DNA of 64,000 nt. It comes from Catajapyx aquilonaris. Its lineage: Eukaryota. Shown in pieces: positions 50,001 through 62,000 of the stretch (positions within the stretch are counted from its first letter, which is position 1; every line of letters starts with the position of its first letter). The notes under the pieces are model-generated. The model ran no database searches. It saw only the letters and a list, made by a program, of their open reading frames with translations, and was not told where the DNA came from. The translations under genes and the position numbers were made by a program. The DNA lies in the NCBI GenBank assembly GCA_000934665.2, contig JYFJ02001087.1, positions 1 through 64,000 on the forward strand, read 5' to 3'.

Positions 50001-53000
50001 CGTGCTTAGCGCTTCAAAAATGCTCTAACACCACCTTCATTCCCATGAGGCTACATTATAAGTCTCCTCGCGTGATGGAGCGTGAGATCAAAATATTCCA
50101 TTCGCCTTTTTTTAACAAAAAAAAATGCGGGGCCTCCCAAAAATCCACAGTTTCGAAGCGAATGATGCCGATATTGTTGCGGTCTCCTGGGAAAAGCCAG
50201 AGTAAAAAAAGAGCGGAGTCTCATAAAGGGCCATAAAAAGCATGAAAGTGAGGCGCTGGTCTCGCCTTTTTTTCTATGTCCCTCACGTAATGGAACTGCG
50301 CATATACACTTTTTTTTCGGGGGGGGGGGGGGGGNGGGGGGACCAAACCTCCCCTGGATTTTGAGCCCCACTTGAAGCTGCCGTTGTGTTTTTTAAGATT
50401 GCCCGGCTCTCTCGGCAGGTTTTCGTGCACTTTGTAAATGGACACGCCCCCGATTAGATCAAGTTACTGGACCATCAAGTGCTGGGTTCATATATACTCC
50501 AGGGAATTTTTTTTGTGGAAAGGGGAAAGGCCTCTCCCAATTTTTTTTATGGGGGAATATTTTGGTGCATAATCGTTCAAGATTTATTAGCAGGAAGGTG
50601 ATAAATTGTGGGGACGGTGTATTATATCCCCTAGACGCGGTACCGGATCCGGGATTTCCAAATGGATTCACGTTCCGTAAATATTCCGGGGCCTTCACCG
50701 TATATGGAACTTATCCATGCGTGAAAAACTGCTCCACTCGGGGCTCAAATATGCCGTTTTAGAAATCTCATTTTCCCCTGTGTTCACCCTTTTCAGGCGT
50801 GTGTGTATAGGCCTGCGACTGCAGTCCGTATATAATAATGTTAGGAACTGAGTTGTATACTGTACGATGCGGTGGACTATTAGGCGCATATGAAATTTTC
50901 GAGTCTGCTTCGAAAAGTTGCGGACTATTTGTTAGCTTGTTTCAGATCGGGGAAGTTAGCATGTGTCTAGCCAAGTTGAACAGCCCGCAGCGTTGCGTCC
51001 TGAATTTTTGGTGTTGCACTAATTTTTTTAAAAATCATTGCAATAATTACCGCATTGAATTTGCCTCAAGTGTATACACCTTACTGATGCGGAGTCTCCG
51101 GAAAATTAAATCGCGAGTAAAAGTCTGACAGTGGGCATAATTATGCTCGGGAATATTATTTTTCTACTCGTAGATTTGCTATATCAGGTTGAAAATACAT
51201 TTTCATTGATATTTTGGTGAGGCTTTTTCTCATAACAATCTATTGATCATATTTGTAGTCAGTTGTCGCTAATTAACCAGTACACAAACTGTGAGCATTA
51301 TGCTGCTAAAAATGGTCGCGTTTTTACCCAAAAATTCCTCAGACCAGCCTCGTTAGAGCAATTTGCGTATTTTTCAAAGTGATTTCGGATGCTGTGTAGG
51401 GGAATCTGTTTCTAAAAAAATCGATGATCGGACCCGAATAATTGAGCCGTACACGATCGTGAGCTTGGCTGTAATCCTCTTTAGCCCAAAATCAACAAGC
51501 CGATTTCCTCGGGTGTTTGCCAAACTCTGCCATTATTTTTATCCGCCTCTCTCTCTTTTTTTTGTAATCCATCGGCTGCCAAACTTATATGCGTGGACAT
51601 ATCTTCAAATGGGTCTTGATCAGAGAGGGATACACTGGTTTTGACAAGCATCCGTATTGATCGGGGATGGACCACCCCATTTTCTGCGTCCATTGCAGAA
51701 GTTACATAACTGCGTCCAAGGGCAGGGGGTGATGGAACATAACGCGAAGTGACGTGACTGCAGAGCGTCCCAGTGTATGTAATATGCTAAAAGCAATAAC
51801 TCTGGCGGACAAGTTAGTCAGTTGCAACGAACGCCTTTTGATTAACGACCAACAATGTGCATTATAATGAGAGCAAATTTCTGCAACAATATGATGCCAT
51901 AAATCACCGGCCAATTTCTTATTCAGTGGGGCTATTGTGAGGAAATGTGACAAAACACGAACTGCAAATCGGGGAATCCCAGGCCTTTTCCCCCCTGCCT
52001 TCTAATTGGCTGTGATCTTTCACTCTTACTTAACTGGGCTAATGAAAGCCAGCCCTTGCGTGTTGTGAGACTATGATATCTTGGGTGGCGATAACAGTCA
52101 TTTACAGGTGCCCCCCCTCTTGTTATTAATGTCAATGGAGGTAACGCCTTTTGGTCTCCCGACGGTTAATTAGGCTCTCGTGAAGGGACTATTCATTGAA
52201 ATGAGGACTGGAATTATTGACGTGAGGGTGTGCTGGACGTATCGCGGGTTGTTTGCTACCTTTCAGCGACTATTAGAGGACGGTGGAAGTGACAGGGGGT
52301 TTCAGGACACTGGCATTTCCGGGTACAGCGGTGCGGTGCTGTACTCCGGACAGGTTGCCCATGCTGCTGGCACACGTCGATGTTTCCGCTTCAGCCGACA
52401 GCCATTGGCTGGACATGTCCACAGTTGCCTCAGTATCAAAATTTTGCGACAGATGCAGCACAAGTCATCCTCCCAGAAAGCCAGATGGCAGAAACCTTAA
52501 TTACAAGCCCCATTTTGATCCGTGCAGGAGCCAAATTGTCTCATGAATTGAAAATGAGATTCTCCGCATCTCAGGAAAGTGCATTATTTCACGGGTGAAT
52601 ATGCTGCGTGGTACAATAACCTACATAACTTTATGAATATCTGCCAGCATCGACACGAATAGAATTTCATTACCTTCGCGACGATGGAACTGTGTGAAGC
52701 TATATATGGCTCCGGGTAGGAATGAATGTTAGAGGGCCAAAGACTGTCTTAATGATGCCAAGCTTCACACCCCGAATATTTTTTTTGATACCCCCAACTT
52801 TGGCCCGTTTTAATTGAGTACGCAAACTCTCGCTGCCGGCCGTGCATGAAGTGGACTTGCATATTTCAGATGCTTAGGTGAGCCCGGTCTGCAAATCAAA
52901 TTAGCGGAGGACATTCCTACCAAAGGAGTGATACAGGCATCGGACTTGTCATCATTCATGCAACCGGAGAGATGGCACTAGAGGGAGAGAAGCCCGGGTC

Positions 53001-56000
53001 TTAAGTGAGTTAGAGGCCCGGAAGGCAGTTCTGTTTATCATAATTACATTGCTGGCGAGGAATTCGCCAAAATGCAGGGTTTCACGCACTGAAGGGTCAT
53101 CCCCATCCGTTACTGGCGTCTGGAGAGAAGAAAATAGCTGGAGGTGAGTTTTCTGGTGCGGTGTAAAAAAAAAACCCTCTCTGGTAAAATCATTGACCCT
53201 TCTTTGGCCGAGGCTCGGATACAGGCATGCTGGGAGCAGTCTAAGGCCCGGAGTTTTCCTCTTCACCTTGCTGGCACCTCAGGCGCCACTAAAGCTGTCC
53301 TAATTGACTTATTGTTCGGAGGGGGGGCCTTCAACTCCAAATGAGAAGAAACAGACGAATGCGCCTGCTCTTTTCCGGGACTATACAAATGGTCGGCGGA
53401 CCGCAGAAGGGGAACAAAACCCTATCTTTTCTGGGACTGTAAATTAGGCTCCTATTTCTGTGCACTGCAGTCTTAAGAGGAGGGGGGAGATGCCTATTGT
53501 TCTCTACTCTTAAGGATTCATTTGAATTTGCGGGTGCAGTCAATTTATTCGTGGCAGCACCACGTTTCTAGGGCGCAATCAAAATGGTAATTATAAATGA
53601 GAGGAACGTCTTATATTTTGTAAGGTCGCCGAATTTGTTTATGCTTCATACGAACTGCATCTTCAGAAATTGTAATATTTTGCAGTGTACACTTTCCATT
53701 TTCGCAATTTAACTGTACAGCGGACTTGCAGCAGAACACTGTATGGAGAAACATTCACCGCAGTGCCCGTCTTCGATGTGGGTGGTGTACATACTGTGGA
53801 TCCACATTGCCTCCAGGGACAGTCGGAGGGGCTAGAATTGCATTCTGACGAACCAGGTTGCGCGCAATTATGAAATGATTTCGACGAATTCAGCGTTTAG
53901 AAGCGATTTTGCTAGTGCCATGGGGACACGGGACCTGAATAATCGCGGGGGGATGCGGATTTGTGAGAGTTTTAATTTTCTATGGCAGAGGATTAGTTTA
54001 CATCTGATCGCGGTGTCAATCTAAATTTTAGAACTATCCAGAAGTCACTCGTACATGGTAACATTATTCACACCTAAACACACAAGTATGATGCTCCTGA
54101 AAGCATAAACTGGCAGGGAAAAGTAGAATGTTATTACCCCATAATGCATGTTTGCAATGCACAGGTTCATTGATTTCAACGTGCCGTCAGTAAACAACAT
54201 AAATTGATGCTTTGGGTATACAAGTCGATTTTAAAGTGATGATGGTATTTTTTTGTTGTTGTGCGACGTCATCTTTAAACGCAGTGCCGTCGCCGAGCGT
54301 CATTGCACATTGTCTGTATATTACGGTGGTAGATAACATTCATCGCTAGATAAGGTTTTACCCGGGTGATTTTTGTGGCCTGCAGTTTTGCCCAGAGAGA
54401 TATCATCACTAATTGCCTCTTTAAACTTTAGAGGCCAACCTCTAAATTAAATGACGCAAAATATGCTTTCCTGCCATACAGGGTGGTACACTATACCGTC
54501 AGCATATTTTGGCCAGTGATCATCTATGTAGTGAACATTTTTCCCCCCCACAGACAGTCGAGTTGCTGAAGGGAGTCCGGCTCTTGATCATTTTGAGAGT
54601 ACCCTTTTTTCTACCCTTTGCTTCGTTCCGTTGTGGAGTCATGAACGTGAGGGAGGCAGGAGGGGGATCCGACGGAGACGAATGCAGCCGAGGAATGTTT
54701 CCGGCGATGGCGAACTTTTGACAGTGCCATTGATCCAAAGAGCAATGAAGTGTAGAGGAAGAGGAATCCTTCCAATCAGCTTTAGGGAATCCCGAAAGCC
54801 TCCTCTTTCCCCTCGAGCTGGTGCCGAGAGCCCAATGTTTCTCCCCCAGAAGAGCCAGCAATTAGTCACTTCTGGGAACACTTTTCTCCCAACACCCCAG
54901 CATGCTTCCCTTACACACAAAAAAAATTTGAAAGAAAAAAAAAAGTAGTAGAAACCCACAAGTTTCCCAGAGCTGGCATTCTTCTTTGCCCGGCAGCTCG
55001 TCAATATTATCCCGGAATAATATTAGTCGCCGGTGGGTTCATAATTGAGTTCCGGGGGCCGCCATCTTGGGGGACCATTCCAATCAGGGTGGATGATCGA
55101 TGAGCACGCACGCTTCTGGGATAAATCAAGATGTGATTTCGGATGGAGGGTGGTCTCTACAGTGCGGCACGGAAAAGCATTATAATGAGGTCGTCCCCTG
55201 GGCGGCCAGAAGGGAATCGGGGAATTACAGGAGACGGAGGGGGAATGCGGGTCAACGTCTCTCAGGTCCTTTTTCTTATCCGGATTGGGGCTTTCAACCT
55301 CGAGTGAGCTTTACTTATGCAATCGCTTCAGGAATTGATGGGGACCTGATTTATGGGAGAAAAAATGTTAAGATTCTGGTCTTAGCAAAGTACGACCAGG
55401 TTTTGCCAATGTTGTTGTTGAAAAGCATACTTAACGCATGTTAACTCAGTGTGCAATTCTGAGGGTACCACAATTACTGGGCTGAAAATAAATCCTTCCG
55501 TATTTTGATTTTCCAATATCTCGCAGATGGGGAATATTTCAGAGTCTCGTGCTTGCTTCCTCCCCTCCAACAAGTTCCCAATTTTGCTGTGCCTGGGGCT
55601 TCTTACTGCCGTGATATCTCTCCCCCCCCCCCCCTTCTCCTATAAAACTCGAGCCGTCTTCGCATAATTGGTAACTTTCAGGGGGTGTATTACATCCCCA
55701 GAGAAATATCTTTATCCTGAGGGCCTATGCAACCCAATAGCCTCTTTTGTCTAACCGGACTGCATCACTCGCAGGCGCCAAACTTTCACCTCACTAGTTG
55801 AGCCATGCAAAGATTTTGTGAGGGAATATTTTGTACACTGCAGGGGCTAACATTCTGATGGAGTGTCCACAGTTGGAGCTTGTACTGTACGAGAGGTCAG
55901 CCATATTAATGACTAAAAGTGACTGGTAATTGATGGTAGTGTATACAGTACAGGCTAAAATGTTGAGGTGGCTTACGTAATGGCTTGTGTTTATAGAGCT

Positions 56001-59000
56001 CTAGGGTGTCAGGGGAGCTTGAAGGCCAGCGTTTTCGGGAATGAGGCAGCAACTACTAGAAGTTGAAACCGCCGGCTGTTACTACAGTCTGTTTAGATCT
56101 CACAGTACTTGAAAAGGACATGTGTGGCAAAAATGCGGTACACATTTACGCAGCAGGACTTCAAACTACAGGTGTTTCTGTTACTGTACGCGCTTCAGTA
56201 TTTTGAACATACTTGATAATAACTCAACTTATATGCCCCATAGCGAACAAGTTGAACACAAATATTTACTCTCTCTTGCTTGTCCTTCTGAATGAAGTGG
56301 TATTATTTTAAAGCAGCATTGCCAGTGCTTTAATTAGAAGCAAAACACGAGCAAATTCATGAAAAGCGGTATTTCTAGCGGCAGCTCCAGATATTTTCTC
56401 TGGAGCAAGGATCAGGCGTTGACGTCAGCGTATTGCACACCCTGCAGTGGCATAGCCCAACTCTTGTAACGCAAGCTCATTATGTTGAAAAGCACTCAGC
56501 CCCCTGTAAACGCTGGGGAATATATTATATTGGACGGTTTGCACAGGAGAAGTTCAGGGACGAGAAAGGTATGATTGACGCAAATTGGTCCACATCACAT
56601 TCATCCTTGAAAAAGGCAGCACCCGAGCACACAACCTCGTCAACGAAACTACGTCACATTAGAGCACTACTGGATTATTGCAGTACGGTTGGCTAGTTGC
56701 CCAAAAAATAGCAGAGGCTTGGGATATATATCCCATCCTTTTATTTCTTACACCACAGCGAGTACGTCAGTGTTGTGATGTCGAGATAAGGCTGACAAAT
56801 GTGGATCGTCTGAGAGAGAAAAAACTCGCAAAGAGCAAAATAAAAATTGAGTTGCATGTTGTCCACATCAAGGCTGATGACACGCAATTGTCAGAACGTA
56901 AATACATGTAGACTCAAAAATATCTTAGACATCTGCTTAGGTTGATATTTCTTAATAAATAATAATTATAAAATTTATTCTTATGAGCTTCATATATTCA
57001 CTTTAGCAATGATATAGCGTAAATAGCCATCAACATGATTTTTGTGTTTATTTGCCGTCAACCTCGTATAGCTAGATTCGCCCCGAAAATTTACCGTCAC
57101 TTATTCCGGGCGATTAACTACGACACACACAATCAAATCGATTCCAATTCTAGAGAAAAAGAGTTGGAGAACGTAATTTGTAAAACCCAAGGGCTGGAGA
57201 GATTCCCCATTAGCACTGGTCCGAGTCCGAAATGGGGTCTTGGAGCAAAACGAACGGGTATAGGGGGCGTTGGGCCAGCTCCCAAAATGTAAAAGAGGAG
57301 GGCTTGAAACCTTGTCTGACGGGACTGGCTGCAGGCAATTACGCAGATGAATTGGGCACTTGGTGTGTGTCTGTGTGTCCCAGGCCACCCGCCTCTACGA
57401 TAGTCACCAACCAAAAACGCCCTCGCCTGTGTCTATATTCGTGGACTTTTCTGCGACAGCTAACCAACAACCTTTATGGACCATAAAGAGGATACAGTAC
57501 ACTCGGGAGGTCACGAGCCAAGGTTCTATATTGTGGACCTTATAAATTAACTAGCTTAATGCTCCCCGAGGATCAAAGATGGATTATCAACATGCTATCA
57601 CTCTGCTAACTGCTCCTGGTTCGGCTATCAAGGGTCGGAACTATGCGGGGTTTGATTTTTGTTCAATTCTGCCAGGAGACAGTGGACCAGTGTTCTCTCC
57701 AGCAAGGCTCCCATTCATCATACGTTTTGAGCCTGGTTTAATTAAGTGGGCTTTGTCTATTTGCAGGGAGTTGCGGTCCAGGGTTGACCTGGCCACGGGG
57801 TCAACCCAGCTGCTGACCGCTTCGGCCACTCCTACGGCCCTGGAACCGAAACCCAAGGGGGTCAGCATCGGAGGGATGGCCCCTGGGGGAATGGCCATAT
57901 TTGACCTGCTCAATCTGGTGCACATGGAGTCGGGTCAGAAGGTGTGGAGGCCTGTGGGCACCATCACTCCCAAGGGACTGCACCTGGAGACCATCATCTG
58001 GCCTGGAGGGAAGATCACAGCGCCCACAGCTGATGGGAAAAAGGTACGTTGAATGTTGTAGCCCATCGTCATCGACCTTGTTTTGTAAGTCAACATAAGC
58101 CTAACAAAACGTTGGGATTAGCAACAGTGACGTGATCACCACTCCAAATCTACCGCATGCATTACCATCACGTCACAGTTGTTCCATGGCATTACAATCG
58201 TCCCAAACTGATTGATCTGCGCTGCACCAGACGCATCCGACCAAATATCTTGTTTTGGCATGTCAAATCATGAGAGGCGCAGAAGCTGCTCTGGCTACAA
58301 TTCAACGTCATGCCTTACATGTGCTTGGCCACTTTGCTCCTCGGCTCTGATATATCGCGTCCCCATTCACTGAAAATTGGAGGTGGACGCCCTGCAAAGT
58401 GTCCCTTGGCCACTAATATCGCAGAAGGATTTACCCCCTCAGCAATTTCTGGCCGTTTTCTTCCCCTAGAGACGCGACGCCGACAAGACTAATTGTTCGC
58501 CTCTATTGGATTCCTTCTGTTGGCCAATTCCCACTGGTTTCATTATATTTCCTATGCAGAATTTATTGTCGCGACCGTGCAGAGGCGGTGGAAGATGCCT
58601 CCACAGCATCAGGGGGGGATACACTAGGAGCCAAATAGAATTCCTTTTCGCCTCACCCCCCAACTCCGTAATAATTCCGGGGGCGCGCCAAAGTTCGTTA
58701 ATCTCTGGCCAAGTTTCGCAGCTTGCATGGAGGCCGCCAGAAAGTGCTTTAAATTGGTTCTGAGGATTAGGAGTGGCGGAAATAGCATCCTATAGCAGCC
58801 CTTCAAAAATAGTGGCCTTAGCGGATTGCCAGCTCCACTTTCTCTCTCGTCTCCAGCAAGACACGCCAACACGCGCGTTATTCGGTGTATGTATAGAAAG
58901 CCTGTATAAGCCTCGAAATATTCCGGGGTTATTATTCCTCTCTCTTCATCGGTTATTTTAAGCCTCCCCCTCTTCCGGGGTGGCAGGCACTTGGGACAAA

Positions 59001-62000
59001 TCAAGAAAGACAGTTTAACGAAGTACTGTATAGTTTTGGAATTGTTGGAATTGGCTGCACTGGGGATTTGAGCCCCGATGTGCCACTCAAACTCAGCAGG
59101 CGTGATTCCGAAGAGGTGTTCAAAATGTGGGCGTTAAACAATGGGGTTTTCTACTAGCCTGTCACGTTAGGATCAAAGCAAGTGTTAAATTCAGTTTCCA
59201 CTTGGTTGTTATCAGAAATATTTGGAGCGAATATTAGGTTGTTAAAGACAAAACGCAGGAAAATTGTACGTCTGGTGCAGAACATTGTATAGGGTCACAC
59301 CCACAATATGATCCCACTTCCCTAGTAATTCCAAGTTTATTACCCTTGGACATCGTAATCTGTTGCTTTGGTCATCCGCTTTTGTTCGATCGGGCCATTC
59401 AAATTTATTGGCCAATTTGGTCCTCTTTAATTGCAGGATGTGGTCTCCTAGCACCGAATACTTAAATTTAAAAATGCAAACTTTCTGTTAAACCGGCTTG
59501 CCCATCAAAAAAAGGACGCAGTAAGGACTGTGCTTTCAAGGACTTGCAATAATTCAATACTCTCCTTGTTAAATATGGCAGCTTTAGATCATATCAGCAA
59601 CATTTCACACCTGCTGCAGGTGTGTGCTGTTAAAGCCAGTGTTTGAAAACCCCCAATGTTGTCCTCATCATCTCAAACCATTACCTCTCACCGTCAGTGA
59701 AGAGAGATAGAAAAGGGGCTCCGGATCGACAGGTCCAACTAGTTCGGAGACTCATTGGCAAACAAGTGGAAGGTCAGTCAGCGGATGATGGGTCGGCTCT
59801 ATTTTTCGGTCTGAATCCAACGAGTGAGTCTCTCTAGCCCCTTGTTGCAGTCACTTTGTTCCGGCAAACAAAGAAAGGGAGGTGATGAGATCCTCTACGC
59901 TTCGTTTACCTCCAACAACTTTTCGAAGAGGCAAGCAGGTCGATTAATCAATTATTTGGAACGAGCCCAGAGTGATTATCGGAACTGGCTTTTCTGCTGG
60001 GGTGTGGGGGAAAACAAAACAGGGCTCCGGGGAAAGGAGGGAAAAAAAGGCAGCAGTCTTCCTAAAGCACCCCCAACCTGATTGTTTCACTCTGCCAATC
60101 TTGGCTCGGAAGCTGGGGATCCTCAACGACCTTTCTTGTAAAACTTTCAGTAAAACTTACCCCCAAAAAGATATGTTTAGACTCAACCTATTAGCTTATG
60201 CCAGTTACTTATACCACTTGGAGGTATAGAGCGAGGAAGAGATTCGGGGCCAATGTATAGTCCAGCTTAGTTGCAAATGGCGTTGGCGGTTTTTGTAAGA
60301 AGCATGCAGCGTTAATGATTAATATTATCTCTCTTCCGACCTTGCTGTGTAAGTAATGACGGTGACAAACGAGACTCGGCGGAAACTTTGTCAGGATATT
60401 CGCCGCGCTTGAGTGAAGGCACGTTAATGGAGTCCGACTCGGCAAGCGGGATTTTTGCGGGGGGAAAACTTTCCTTGTATAACTCACTGCCGGTCTGCAG
60501 ACGACATGTTGGGTATCCGGCGGATGACACCACGTCTGCTGGATATTATGGTGATGATGCGCCAGGTTTTTGTGTGAGTTGTATACGACTCTTTTCCTCA
60601 AAATGCTGACTGAGAACCATAAAACACGGAGTTGGCCCCCTGAAAACAAATGGTCAAAATATCCTGTTGCAAATGTCTCCTGTAATGAATAACCAGCAGT
60701 TTTTTAAAAGGAGTGGTCGCATTTAGAAATTGTTTAAATTGTCATACAAGAATTGCCTATTCATGTAGTCTTCCCTTTTAGTGACAGTGGCTTAGGTAGC
60801 AATATCAATTACTTGCCCAAGCATTAACACCATTATCGGCAGTCAAAATAGGCGTTACAGCACATTACCATTAATCCGGATGGAAAATGCATACTTGCCC
60901 AGCGAAGCTATCAATATTGTGAAACCAGCCTTGTCGGAATAGGTTAATCCAATTGCCTGGGCGTAATCGCGATGAGTTTGGGACGTGTGAAGGAAAAAGG
61001 GCTCGGGGCAAAATTCTCACAGTTGCTAATTGGTGTTGGCCGGGCAAAATGAAGTGTGAAGAAGCGGTAATGAGATAGGGATCTAGCCCAACCTTTTCAT
61101 CGCCATCATTTTTTAAAACCCCACATTTGTGCCTTTTCTGCCCTCAGGTGTATCGGGTGGTGACGATGTGGGCGCCACCGTTCATGATGGAGGAGGACAT
61201 GGAGACCAATTTCACCTGCATCAAGGGCAGGACTTGCCTTCGGATCAGAACCGCCGATAAGGATAACATCACGCTCATCTTTGCAGACTACGAGAGGGGC
61301 ATCAATCAGGTGGGAGTTCAACGGTGAAAGATTGATTGCTCTCTCAAATGGGGGCTATTGGAAATTTTTTACGTCTTCTGAGCATATAGGTAAAAGCGCC
61401 TCTGGTGGCCTCGAAAAATTCGGAAATATAGCGTTGCAACGCGTCAAATAATGTACAAGGTGATCCAGCATATCTATGTCTAAAGAATTTTGCAAGTGTT
61501 CGTGTCTAGTTGGACCACCTTGTGACAGACCCAAGAAAGAGGACGCGTGACATAAGGAAGTAAAAGACGAACCATTCATCTGCCTGTTCCCAATTCCAGA
61601 TATCAATAATTCCGTGTCAGGCGTGGCCTATTGTGCTTCTCCCCATTAATTCTGCCTGAAGCGAACAGTGATCGGGAACCGTCTGTCCTGGTTCTACACC
61701 CTACTTCCATTAATAGGTCCAGGAAGTAGGTTCCAGAGGGAAATGACCTTTCGCGTGCGATGCAGGGCTTCGAAAGAGGGCAACGGTCAGCATAAGGAGG
61801 AAATGAGGGGACGTTGATTTATTTTTTCCCCCATCAGTTAGTCAAGGGGTATAGGGTTGAAGAAAAGAGGTCTCTTGCTCTTCTCGAATTTTGAAAACAT
61901 AATAACAGGAAGGGAATCAACTGGAAAATGGCGCCGGTTTGCCTGATCTAATATTCATACAAGGCAGGAATTGGGGACGCGGAATTAAAATTGGCAGCTC

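Noticed and set aside
50319..50341. Long poly-G run containing an N at 50335
   Set aside because: Low-complexity homopolymer with an ambiguous base call; no biological inference is justified.
57579..57766. ATG-initiated in-frame 5' extension of coding exon 4
   Set aside because: Intron-like composition, no receptor similarity, and a good phase-matching acceptor at 57766; an open stretch of this length is expected by chance.
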